This document shows positions 22,701-33,899 of a stretch of 64,000 nucleotides of DNA, in pieces. This stretch comes from Macrostomum lignano. Lineage: Eukaryota. Numbering within the stretch: position 1 is the first letter of the stretch; the number at the start of each line of letters is the position of its first letter. The notes under the pieces were generated by a model. That model was given only the letters and a program-made list of their open reading frames with translations, was not told where the DNA came from and did not search any database. The position numbers were made by a program, and so were the translations under genes. The stretch lies in NCBI GenBank assembly GCA_002269645.1, contig NIVC01001518.1, forward strand, positions 124,001 through 188,000, given 5' to 3'.

Positions 22701-25326
22701 GCATCTGGTAGAGCGGATGCGACTGCGACAGATTCTTGCGCATAGTAACGTAGATACCCTCAAGGATGAGGTGATGCAGCAGGCGGTTAGCAACCAGGTG
22801 ATAGCAGGCATCCGTGAGGTTAAACCATAGCTTAGCCTGCAGCCAGGCGTGAGGACTATCGCTAGGCATGATCGGCGCGCCCTCCTCCATGCGCTGGTTG
22901 AGCTGAATTGCCAGGGGAACCAGCTGCAATCGTTCGGTCCAGAAGAACAGAGCAATTGGAGAGCAGAACTGCCTGCCATTCTTGCACTCGACTCCCTCCA
23001 TGATGCTGTAGTCAACTATAAACAGGCGCCTGGCGTCCAGGATGTGCTGCAGAGTCCAGCCTTCCAAATAGGGCTTCAACCATTCAACGGCTACGCCGAA
23101 ATTCTCTGGGATAGATTTGCAGACTTTGATTACGAACGGATTGCAGCCTTTGAGGCGTTGGGCACCGAACACGAGGTCGTGCTCAGGGCCGCTAGGATTG
23201 GCTGGCCAGCGCTGCACAGACAGCGGCTCCGTGATGCTGTGCGCACGGTAGTAAGTGGTCAGATCGTCAAAGCTGGTGAAGTGATCCACGCTGGCATAGT
23301 CCACGTCCAGGCCTTTGTTGTAGATGATCTCGTCCTTGGTCTTCTCGATGTTCCAGCGGGTGTCCTAGGAGATTTTGGGCGATTCTGTCAGGGTAAGATT
23401 CTGGGCGATTCTCTCAGGGTGAGATCTAGGGCGATTCTCTCACGGTGAGATCTAGGGCGATTCTCTCACGGTGAGATCTAGGGCGATTCTCTCACGGTGA
23501 GATCTAGGGCGATTCTCTCACGGTGAGATCCAGGGCGATTCTCTCAGGGTGAGATCCAGGGCGATTCTCTCACGGTGAGATCTAGGGCGATTCTCTCACG
23601 GTGAGATCCAGGGCGATTCTCTCACGGTGAGATCCAGGGCGATTCTCTCACGGTGAGATCTAGGGCGATTCTCTCACGGTGAGATTCAGGGCGATTCTTT
23701 CAGGGTGAGATTATGGGCGATTCTCTCAGGGTGAGATCCAGGGCGATTCTCTCACGGTGAGATCCAGGGCGATTCTCTCAGGGTGAGATTAGTATGGGCG
23801 ATTCTCTCAGTGACAGGGTCCAGGGCGATCCAGGGCGATTCTCTCAGTGACAGGGTCCAGGGCGATCCAGGGCGATTCTCTCAGGCTGAGATTATGGCAA
23901 TTCTCTCAGGGTGAGATTAGTATGGGCGATTCTCTCAGGGTGAGACAATGAGCGATTCACCTAAAATGAGATTAATGCGATTTCTCAAGGTGAGATCATA
24001 GGCGATTTTTAAAGACATTCTATTCTCTGGGGTAGAAAATGAGCAGTTTCTCAGGAAAGTATAATTGCAATACGGGAATCTTACAAACTGAGAATATAAA
24101 TAGGCATTTACACTAAATTAAACTGTTACCAACCTGGGAGAAAATTTCTTCGGCTGGCAAAGCCTGCAATTCCAGCGGCAGTCCGTTGGCCCGCTGATAG
24201 AACAGGAGATTGTTTCTGCGCTCGGATATCTCAGCGATGCGCTCGTCCGGCATGGGGTCGGCGGAAGGCAGCGACACCTGCGAGTGGTGCAGTGCATGCG
24301 TGCGTTTGAAATAATCAAGGGAGCTTTGAGCTTGAAGGGCGACTCTGAAGGGAGCTTTGAAGGGCGATTCTGAATGGAGATTCTGAAGGGAGCTCTGAAG
24401 GGCGATTCTGAAGGGAGCTCTGAAGGGCGATTCTGAAAGGAGCTTTGAAAGGCAATTCTGAAGGACGATTCTGAAAGGAGCTCTGAAGGGCGATTCTGAA
24501 GGACGATTCTGAAAGGAGCTCTGAAGGGCGATTCTGAAGGGAGCTTTGAAAGGCAATTCTGAAGGACGATTCTGAAGGGAGCTCTGAAGGGCGATTCTGA
24601 AAGGAGCTTTGAAGGGCAATTCTGAAGGGAGCTCTGAAGGGCGATTCTGAAAGGAGCTTTGAAAGGCAATTCTGAAGGACGATTCTGAAAGGAGCTCTGA
24701 AGGGCGATTCTGAAGGGAGCTTTGAAAGGCAATTCTGAAGGACGATTCTGAAGGGAGCTCTGAAGGGCGATTCTGAAAGGAGCTTTGAAGGGCAATTCTG
24801 AAGGGAGCTCTGAAGGGCGATTCTGAAGGACGATTCTGAAGGGAGCTCTGAATGGTAATTCTAAAGCCGATAAAACGACATGAAACCTGACAGTTGGAAA
24901 TGCTTGCTGACTTACCTGACAGTCAAATGAATAATAGTGCCTATCGGGATGAATCCATCTGTGCACAGGAAAGTACGAATAGAGCCACTTTCCGCCCAGG
25001 CCTTTGCGCCTGTCCCTAATAATAACCTTCTCGCAAAACCAATCATAATTAACATGTTCTACTCCAGGTTCCACTGAACGCCAGAATTCAATTTTTTGCA
25101 CCTTGCCAAAACCCTTCTTGCACCAGCTGGCCAGCGGTATGGTGAATTTGTCCCTAATACTGCCGTCCTCCTCTTGGAAGAAAGCGTTGCTCAGAGTGAA
25201 AGCTGGGGAGGCGTTACCATCTCGGTCATACAGGTGCAGCGTGATGGTGGGGCCCTGTTCGGCCACTTTGTAGTCGCCAGTCACTGAGCAGATTTCGAAA
25301 GCAATTTTTGACGATTTGGCACCCAT
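19725..25326 (-). CDS. PLAT + lipoxygenase-fold protein, 6 exons, 695 aa, degenerate iron ligands
   Basis: Exons 25326-24916, 24277-24134, 23364-22472, 21764-21413, 20325-20159 and 19845-19725 join in frame (2088 nt) with GT-AG ends. LOX motifs PIALF..LVPLAIQL, WLQAKLW, HPLYQMLAPH, YPYREDA, PNYP; C-terminus LNYLVI*. Confidence 0.92.
19866..20140. repeat. 79-bp tandem repeat (~3.5 copies) filling LOX intron 5
   Basis: ATTGTTTTC at 19867, 19946, 20025 and 20104. Confidence 0.9.
20385..21245. repeat. Minisatellite in LOX intron 4, 22-23-bp unit (GGGTAGTTCAGGGGTGATTGTAA)
   Basis: Direct periodicity. Confidence 0.95.
21825..22360. repeat. Minisatellite in LOX intron 3, 28-bp unit (GGGAGGCTGGCCCAGCAACTGCGGATCT / ...GAATATTT)
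   Basis: Direct periodicity with two unit variants. Confidence 0.95.
23380..23995. repeat. Minisatellite in LOX intron 2, 26-bp unit (AGGGCGATTCTCTCACGGTGAGATCT)
   Basis: Direct periodicity; internal palindrome TCTCAC-G-GTGAGA. Confidence 0.95.
24335..24850. repeat. Minisatellite in LOX intron 1, 25-bp unit built of 12/13-bp subunits (CTGAAGGGCGATTCTGAAGGGAGCT)
   Basis: Direct periodicity. Confidence 0.95.
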
Positions 25327-26199
25327 GTTCTGATCTTAAAAAAGCATGAATATTTGTGTTTTGTTATCTAGCATCATGCATGTATTAACATGCTTTTTTC
25401 TTTGAAGTCAAGATTAAGCATTAGATTTTCTAGAACTCTTTGAAAACATTAGCAACTATTACTGGTCTCATTGTCTCATGTAATAAAAATTAAAAATAAA
25501 AAGTATGTTTACGTTTATATGGTTACAGATGTTGCTATAAATATATAGGGCACATTAAAAACTGATAACTTATTTTGACAAAACTTAATAACAAATTTTA
25601 GATCTTTAACTCTGTTTTTAAGACAAGTCACAAATGTAAGTAGCATATTCAATAACAATTAAGTTGCATGGATAATGTAATTGCAAAAGTATGTCATGCA
25701 GATCAGAATCCCATCTAGTTGCCACTTGCAATTATGCTTAATATTTTAAATTACAAAACACATAATTTTTTTGATTATTCTAAATATGACGTAAGTTTTT
25801 TGTCATTTATTAATTAATAAGTGATAATAAAAAATAGTAAATTAAATTGTTTTATTTAAAATGCAACTTAAAATTATCACTTATGAGTAAATAGAGTTTG
25901 CATATTTTTCAAGGTAGAAATATGGCATGCTTTAAAACTAATTAAAAGTGATGTAATCACAAGCGTAAGACTAAGAGCATAGGATAGACAGCTATGCATT
26001 TATACCCAGAGCTAACTAAGATGTGTATGTTATATAAGGCTGGCATAGTGAAATTAAACATCTTAGTTGACAACAAAATACCAAGCCATTTTTTCTTCAA
26101 TCAAACTACCAAATAGAAATCTCTTGACAATTTTTTCTACATAGGAATAAAGCAAAACATGCATATAAAACTATTATATAAATATATTTGATACTACAA

Positions 26200-26497
26200 C
26201 ATACATGCGCAACCTCCAAAATTCGGTCGGCCATGCGACTTAGTTTTAACAAAAATGCGACGTAGTTTTTGGCCAAAAATGCGACTTACATGTAATAAAA
26301 ACCCTAAAGCAAAATTAACGCAACTTTGGGTAAACGGAAGGAGTAACTATGACTGTCTTATTAGGTAAAAATGCCTCGTCAGCTACTTAGTAATACTACT
26401 TTGGTATTTTTCGGGTGGGCATTTTTGCGACTTCCTTGATTGGCTGCCAAATCGGTCGGCCGGATTGGCCGACTCGGCCGACTGTTGCGCATGTATG
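26200..26497. mobile_element. hAT-like MITE copy 1 (298 bp) containing a 28S rRNA-derived segment
   Basis: 14-bp TIR CATACATGCGCAAC/GTTGCGCATGTATG; 8-bp TSD TACTACAA (26192-26199, 26498-26505); internal TGCGAC repeats. Confidence 0.9.
26328..26391 (+). rRNA. Degenerate 64-nt 28S rRNA fragment (helix 69 region), not a functional rRNA gene
   Basis: GGGTAAACGGAAGGAGTAACTATGACTGTCTTATTAGGTAAAAATGCCTCGTCAGCTACTTAGT versus the conserved LSU GGGTAAACGGCGGGAGTAACTATGACTCTCTTAAGGTAGCCAAATGCCTCGTCATCTAATTAGT. Confidence 0.8.
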
Positions 26498-27722
26498 TAC
26501 TACAACTTAGTGATATAGAGCACCTCCTGGTTTATGTACTTGTATTTCTATGGTTTGCAAAATATCAGTTCTTTCTTAGAAATTTGCTAATTTTTAATTC
26601 TGCTAATTTATTTGTTTAGCCATTGTGTTTTCTAAAAATATTCTATATGTAAAATTTGTTTAAAATTTTTCTGAATTTAATATAAACAAAACATCTAAAA
26701 GGCAAAAGAAAGCAACCATTTACAAACTCAATTTATTTTTATGTTCAATATTTTAGTTCTTCAATTTTGAAAAGTATTTAGTCTAAATCACTTTGATAGT
26801 TTCCAACCAGGCTTATTCATTTCTCTAAGGACTAGAAACCTCAAATTAGGAGTATTGAAATCCACTGAAAGTGGGAATCATCTTAATGCAGTAACTTACC
26901 TTAGAGCAATAAAAATGCTCAGAAGATGTGGCCCTCTGATCCTACGAATGCCTAGGACTAGGGATATTAATTCCCCAGAAAATTTGCACCCCAGGGACCT
27001 AGGGATTTGGTCCCTAGTAAAGAATAGATATAGATATAAAAATATAGTTACCTAAAGTTCAAAACCAAAATAAAGCTGAAATAAGCTAATAAAGTATTAT
27101 TTCAACATTAAGCAATAGACTAATGTGAATTTTGTTTAAAAACTTTTCAAAACAAATAATTTTACTTCCATTATTTTTTAGGTCCCCAAATGACCCTGGC
27201 CTAAACCCTAAAGGTCAAAATCAAAAACTTTTTCAGTTTCCCTAGGGAAAATGGTAATGGTACCAACTAAACTATAAAAATGGATACAGATATAGAAAGG
27301 ATTTGCATACTAAAATGCAGATATGGATTACTATTTTGCAGAATCAATGTGGATATAAATATATTAATGCAAAAAACTTCAGTTCTGGATGAAATACATA
27401 TTTTGTTAATTGAGTTTTTAATAATAAATTTATCAATATTATGATAAGATCTATTAAATTTATACCCAAGTTCATTTAAAATTGTAAAGATACCAATTTT
27501 TTGCATGTTGTCTAATGAAATAAAGGCTAAGTTTTCTCATGGCACTACTTACTTAATTTAGTATCATGCAAATACAATCAGATTTTTTAAATTGCTTTGC
27601 TGCCCTACTTCTTGGCAGTCTCTGATTGGTAGATATAGCAAATTGTGATAACAAGGGGATAATGAGCTACAACTTAGTAATGACAAGCAATGACTTATCA
27701 TCATTAGCTTGTTGACACTGCT

Positions 27723-28022
27723 CATACATGCGCAACCTCCAAAATTCGGTCAGCCATGCGACTTAGTTTTAACAAAAATGCAATGTAGTTTTTGGCCAAA
27801 AATGCAACTTACATATAATAAAAACCCCTAAAGCTAAATTAACGCAACTTTGGGTAAACGGCGGGAATAACTATGACTGTCTTATTAGGTCAAAATGTCT
27901 CGTCAGCTACTTAGTAATACTACTTTGGTATTTTTTCGGGTGGGCATTTTTGCGACTTCCTTGATTGGCTGCCAAATCGGTCAGCCGGATTGGCCGACTT
28001 GGCCGACTGTTGCGCATGTATG
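27723..28022. mobile_element. hAT-like MITE copy 2 (300 bp) containing a 28S rRNA-derived segment
   Basis: Same TIRs as copy 1, different 8-bp TSD ACACTGCT (27715-27722, 28023-28030), so an independent insertion. Confidence 0.9.
27852..27915 (+). rRNA. Degenerate 64-nt 28S rRNA fragment (helix 69 region), second copy
   Basis: GGGTAAACGGCGGGAATAACTATGACTGTCTTATTAGGTCAAAATGTCTCGTCAGCTACTTAGT, about 56 of 64 positions matching the LSU consensus by manual alignment. Confidence 0.8.
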
Positions 28023-28675
28023 ACACTGCTGATTTGTTTCTTTCTAACAAGAAACAATTTTCCATCATTATTCACAATAATTTCGAATGAGAACAAATTT
28101 ATCTAAAAATAAACAGAAACAAAAATATAACAAAATACTTAATCAATGTTTTGACAAAACTAAATCTGAAGATTTTCAACATTTGCAATTTATATCCACA
28201 TTGATTCTACAAAATAGAAATCCACCTCCATATCAGCATGCATTTTCATAGTTTAGTTGGTACCTAGGGAGGATTTTTCAGGGTTAACATCCCTATCTAA
28301 GACTGAGAATATTCCCTAGAAGAGTAAATTAGAAATATAGGAATTAGGATAGAAGATAATGCCATAAGACCATTCAGGCTGGTAGATAAATACATATTAT
28401 TATACCTTTTTACTTTCAATTTTAAAATATCTACACTCAATATTGACATTTTTACATTCAATTTTGACTGTTTATGGTATTGCTTGTTAAAATGTTCAAC
28501 CTATTTTGATAAACTCAAATGCAATAATGACACTTTTCAAACCAAAAATGATAAACTCCAACTTTTATTAACAATTTGCTAGTAGATTGGAGTAATTTAC
28601 ATTCAATTTTGATATTTGCCCTAATGGGAAAAGTGAAATTTTCCCAGACATGCGTCCAGCATGTTTTTTAAATTT

Positions 28676-28905
28676 CAGGTTGGCGCAGCGGCTGTGGCCA
28701 GGTTGCAGCGCAACGTGGCACAGTCGTGCGGCATGGTGCGGTGGCACAGCGCAGCAGAGCATGGGAGGTATTGCGCGCGCAGCGCGGTGGTGCGACGTGG
28801 CGCAGTGCAGGAGGTTGCGCGCATGGTGCGGCACAGCAGTGCAATGTGGCGCAGCATGGAGCAGCATAATGCAATGCAACAAGAAAATATCTATGCAGCG
28901 TGACG
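28676..28905. repeat. GC-rich degenerate low-complexity repeat (GCAGCGCGGTGG-like)
   Basis: Sharp GC-rich island in AT-rich DNA with irregular short repeats. Confidence 0.5.
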
Positions 28906-29857
28906 TAGAGCAACTTTTAGGGCTAAATTTTTGGCCTTGGCGCACTTTAAAGCTAAAGACTGTTGCTTCTTGGCATGCATCCGAGCAGTTTGTGCAAAAA
29001 TTCCAATAGAGGATATTAGGATACAAAACAGTGACTTTGCCTTACCATCTATAGAATAAAATTGCTTATGTGCATGCATTTCGATAGACAGCATCATAAA
29101 ATTACACATTATATTATTAGCACACATTGAAACATTATTTTGAAGTCATATTATATTCTGTATAGTAGCAGGTCTACAATTCTAAATACAAAGTTAGCAA
29201 CAATAAGAGGCAATTTATTATTGACTATAAGAATGATGACAACTTTTTTTACCTGGCTGATGCCTTAGGGATCACAAAAACCATAGCATGTCTTTATTAG
29301 CAACCAATATTAATATAAAGCTATCAAAAAGGTCAAACATTTACATGAGTTAATTAAGATTAAAACATGTTAGAATTCATAGAGAACTCAATTGATCCTG
29401 GTATTATTCTGGCTAGGAGTCATAGTTCAGATTATGTATTAGTGTATATTAGGTTTAATGATAGAAAAAATGATGAGACCTTGTTTGTATACCAAGTATG
29501 CACACTAATGTAAAAAAATTGTCATTGACACAATGTTTTTGCTGTATTATATATACTAGGTACATATATCTTGATCTATGCTAAAAATAGTAAATACCTT
29601 ATATCCTAGCATACATGTTGCCTTCCAAACTATAGCCTGGGAGTGCCAAGTGATACCAGTGATTAGCAAACACTCTTCAAAGCAATGAATTCTTGCTAGA
29701 TCAGTCAGGGTACATATGCCTAGCTAGAATTAAGATCTAAGCTATAATTGTCACTTTTAAATTATTATATTAATTATAATAATATATTAATTATATTATT
29801 ATATTATATTAGTATCATTATATAATACTAATTATTATTATATAGCCTTTAGACATC

Positions 29858-30071
29858 AAGTGGTTCTTAACCTATAGGTTGTGACCCTTAATACTAATGG
29901 TCAATGGGGTTGCATGGCCATTTTCTAGGGGTTACAGCACAGAAATATAAGTATCCCATACATAATAATATATTATATAGATTTTAAGAGGTTGCAAACA
30001 TTAAAAAATGATGCAAGTGAATAAATTGGATCTGCCTAACAAAACTAAATCAAAAAGGTTAAGAACCACTG
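29858..30071. mobile_element. Small MITE, hAT-like termini
   Basis: Perfect 15-bp TIR AGTGGTTCTTAACCT / AGGTTAAGAACCACT; TSD not recognisable. Confidence 0.6.
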
Positions 30072-31609
30072 CCTTAGGCCTAGTCTATAAAAATTTATGT
30101 ATATCTACAAGTTTTGTTCCATAGATAAGGGGACAAAGGCCCTATTTTGTACCACTGTCAGAATTGAATACACACTCAAAATTACTAGCAACTTGTTAAT
30201 TAAGGTTGGAGTTTGTCATTTTTGGTTGAAAATTGTTATTGTTACATCTGAGTTTGTCAAAATAGGTTGAACATTTTAACAAGCAATACTGGACTGTCAA
30301 AATTAAAATATATCACAATTATTATTAAAATAAATCACAAATAAATCAATATTAAGTGCAGATTTTTCAAAATAGAAAATAAAAAAATATAATGGATAAA
30401 TTATAAATACATATATTACCAGAAGACAAGTATATATTCATGCACTACCATGGCATAAACATGTATTATAATATCTATAAAAGTACATAAAGAATATAAA
30501 AGCAACCCCTAGGGCTAGGACATAGGACATTACATCATTAAGCTTTATTATAAATATAACTTTCTATGAATAACAGACTGCAAACATTACATAATTTGAT
30601 TTTTCACATTTATAAAATTGTGAAGCATCAATCAACTCACTCATAGGCCTAGGCATGCTTTTTGTCTTGGGCGTTGCCCGTTGGGCCAAGGCATGAAATG
30701 TTTTGTATCTGTCTGTAATAGGCCACCTGTATTAACAATCAAGAAGAATTAAACTATCTAGTAACCTAGTGTCAATTTCAGTTGTTTTACTTATTGAATA
30801 ACATGTATATTTGATGGTACATATATTGTTTATAGCAATTATAATAATCTAGAATCTAGATATTGATATACACGTTACATCCATGTCCAATAGGCCTATG
30901 ATAATATCACATAAATGGAATCAGAAATAAAAATGTTGAGTATGTCTTAATGTGTGACAAATTATAGTAAGTAGTAAGTAAGTAAGTAAGTAGTAAGTAG
31001 TAGTAAATTTGGCTCAGGCTTAAGGAGCCTGTTTTGCCAGTATAATCCGATGTATTTAGTATTTGTTCAAAAGGTTAAATTTTTACACGAGTTACGATAC
31101 GAGTTACGATATTTGTAAAAGTAAGGTATTTGAAAGAGCGTCTAGAATTTTTTAAAACGGTTTTCCATAACTTCGTTAGCTTCTCATTTTAAAAATATTT
31201 CTTCCTTGATAATAATATATTAACAAAACTTTTAGAGTTATGGTCTACTATTTGTTTCTACTTTGCTATAGAACCACCATGCTTTGACAACAATTTTTCT
31301 AAACTAATGATTGCACGTGTCCTTGGACAAAATAAAAAGTATTTAATATTTCGTGGCTATCACACCTGTGTAAGCTCTTTCAAGACTTCTTCGCGTACTT
31401 CGGGCCTCAAAACCTGGTGTCTGTAATTCAACCAGAGTGTAAGAACAGTCGAGAACGAGGGCAAATACTAGTAGAATAGCTCCCTTTTTCTACTAGTATT
31501 TCGACTGAAAGGACAAAATCCACTAGAGAATTATAGTTTATCACAGTTTATGCTGGTCGTTATTTACTCATTTTAGCGCCGCAGGCAGGCACTAATTGCC
31601 TCGATACGG

Positions 31610-31790
31610 TTTTGTCAAGCCTCAAAGTTTCGTCAGCACGTCGACCAAGCGTGTCCGCATCAGCTCCGACTTCCCTCGGTGGTGTCACCCGCCTCATCCA
31701 GGCGGAGCTGCTTCTGGACCTTCAACAGGTGGAATTAGGTGCATGAATAGTAGTAGGTGCAGCCGCGAGTAGCAAAGCTCGCATTCTTAT
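31610..31790 (+). repeat. Dispersed repeat (Penelope-like fragment), also at 46860-46990 and 61195-61362
   Basis: Shared TCAGCAC...CTTCTGGACCTTCA...GGTGG core with the two minus-strand copies. Confidence 0.6.
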
Positions 31791-32066
31791 AGCTTTCCTC
31801 TTCGTCCAGTACATGCATGTACGTATACCTGCATGCACTTCTGGCATTTCGGTAAATTAAGTAAGTTACGCGATAAAATCGTAAATCAGGTAACTTTTCA
31901 GGTGGATTTTTACTAGATATAAGCTTTGTTTTTCTGGCATTTTTAAAAGACGATTAAAAGAAGTTTTTTTGCGTTGTTTTTTCGACCAAGACTCTCATTT
32001 ATATAGGTAGGTTTTCTCGGCGAATTCTGCATTGAAAAATAGAATTTTTTTATCTAGCGTGGAAAT

Positions 32067-32705
32067 TCAGTTGAGCAGCCAAAGCAAGCAGGCAGCCAAA
32101 CCAATGGCAGCTACAGCCGAGACGCTGCCTTCTCTATTGGCCGAGTTGCACTTGTCAGAATTGCATGAGCTGCAGGTGTACATAGTGATGAACTTCTTAA
32201 CTTCAGATAATCCATCCAGCTCACAATTTCCACAACCTCCTTTAACCTGAAAAAATGAGGTAAATGACTGTTAACTGGAGTCCTACCAAATGCTCAGGAA
32301 ATCCGCCAGACTCAGTGGTGCGCAGCTGACTCAAGATATATTTGCCATCCGCATAGCCGTGAAGTCGAAAACATTCTTATAAATTTTGTTTTCGTAATCT
32401 TTATGTTAATGCTTAACAATGGATTATTAATATTATTATTATTGATTTTGTTATTGTTCGTATCGCAGTCAACAGTAGTAGAGGTGTTAGTCTTGTCACC
32501 AGTGTAATCATAGCACTCTATACTGCTGGTCATGGCTGTAACAGACAAATTAATAAATTACACTGTGAGTGTATAAATGCAATAGTTCGCGTAATTGTAT
32601 GAAAGTACAGTTTTTCATATAGTCGGGATGCTCAATTAGCTTACCAAAGCACGCAAACAGTACGATGGCAGTAGAAGAAAGTCTTACCAAGGCGTTAAGT
32701 GGCAT
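32067..32705 (-). pseudogene. Ly6/uPAR (three-finger)-like GPI-anchored protein gene, disrupted
   Basis: Exon 1 (32705-32645) is a signal peptide, MPLNALVRLSSTAIVLFACF. Exon 2 reads ECYDY..DC..[frame break]..CFRLHGYADGKY and its donor is TT instead of GT. Exon 3 (32246-32067) reads VKGGCGNC...TCSSCNSDKCN plus a hydrophobic tail. Confidence 0.7.
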
Positions 32706-33899
32706 TATTAATCCGCACGGTCTCAGAATTCATTTAAATTGATTTTATTATGATTTATGCTTCATTGGACGGTTAGACATAATTTCAGAGATTTTTAACC
32801 AGCTAGCCACTTCGCCCATAGAGATAGCCACAGTTGTTGATCCTGCTCAGGCCATACAAGGGAGAATAAGCCGGTTAAAAATCTCTTGTGTTAAAGTAAG
32901 AGATGGGTAAGAGATTCTAAACCGACCTAATAAATAGAAGCAGCTAGGGTTCGCCCATAGACTATTTGCAGACTCCTGAAAGAGACGAACATCCTGTTTT
33001 AATGCAGAGCTATTAAAAACTGGCGCTTTTTTATCGAAGACGAATATTATGCACTCTTAAATCTGTCAATTTATCCGGTTACTAATAATATTTGTAATAA
33101 AATAATATATTACTCCGCATAGACACTTGTGGCAGCTCGTCTCGTATAATGGTTATGTAGCTCGTATGCATGCAGCATTGATAGCAATTGCTCATTCTCC
33201 TCTTCCTGCGCCAGCCCCCTGCCTGCCAGTCAGTCTGCCCTAGAACGCATTAACTCCCTGCTATGTTTAGCCGCACAACCCAGATTATAATAGTAGCGTC
33301 TACTCTTTGCCCGTGTCATCCTACATATGATTTAATTCTGCTGCCGCTGCCAACTCTCGAATCCGGAGTGGCTTATTTGGCGGGAGCCAGCAGACACTGA
33401 CTGCGGCGGCAGAGGCGGCGGCTAGGACGGCAGTGGATGCTAGGACGCCAGCAGCTGGCACAAATGTTCCGAAGCCTACAATCCATGTGCCGGCAACAAT
33501 GGCCATACCAGTGACAGTACCGCCGTCGGAAGTCTCATCATCTGTAACATAAGCAACCGCCGCCCTTGACGAATGGAACGACGACACGGCAATCGCTGAG
33601 CTTGACTTTTCCGCTATCGACGAGCTGGAAAGATCGACAAACGACCCCAGCACTACTGAAATAGCAAGCATCGTTTTCCGCGCCTTCCAGCCGCCGGCCT
33701 ACAAATTCATGTAGCGAGACCTTGTTCCAGCTGTCAGAAGACCTCTTAAATGACAGAAAACTAGAAGCTGATTTGCACACACGACAGCAGCAGCAGCAAC
33801 AGTGCGAAGGTCTGCAGCCCCGGAGGCACATCAGGACAGGGTCCGGTTCTGTCTGAAGGCAGCCTCTAGGTGCAGCAAGTCTTGCTGCAAGCCGCCCAC

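Noticed and set aside
3029-24619. Repetitive ORFs in the track (e.g. 6793-8199, 16535-17602, 18393-19132, 21748-22433, 24113-24619)
   Set aside because: They are translations of satellites or antisense frames of real exons.
2689-24850. CRISPR-like arrays among the 23-35-bp repeats
   Set aside because: Units are head-to-tail with no unique spacers, there are no cas genes, and the context is intron-containing eukaryotic DNA.
26328-27915. Functional rRNA gene or group I intron site
   Set aside because: Only 64 nt match, the helix-69 stem has a mismatch, and the flanks are MITE sequence.
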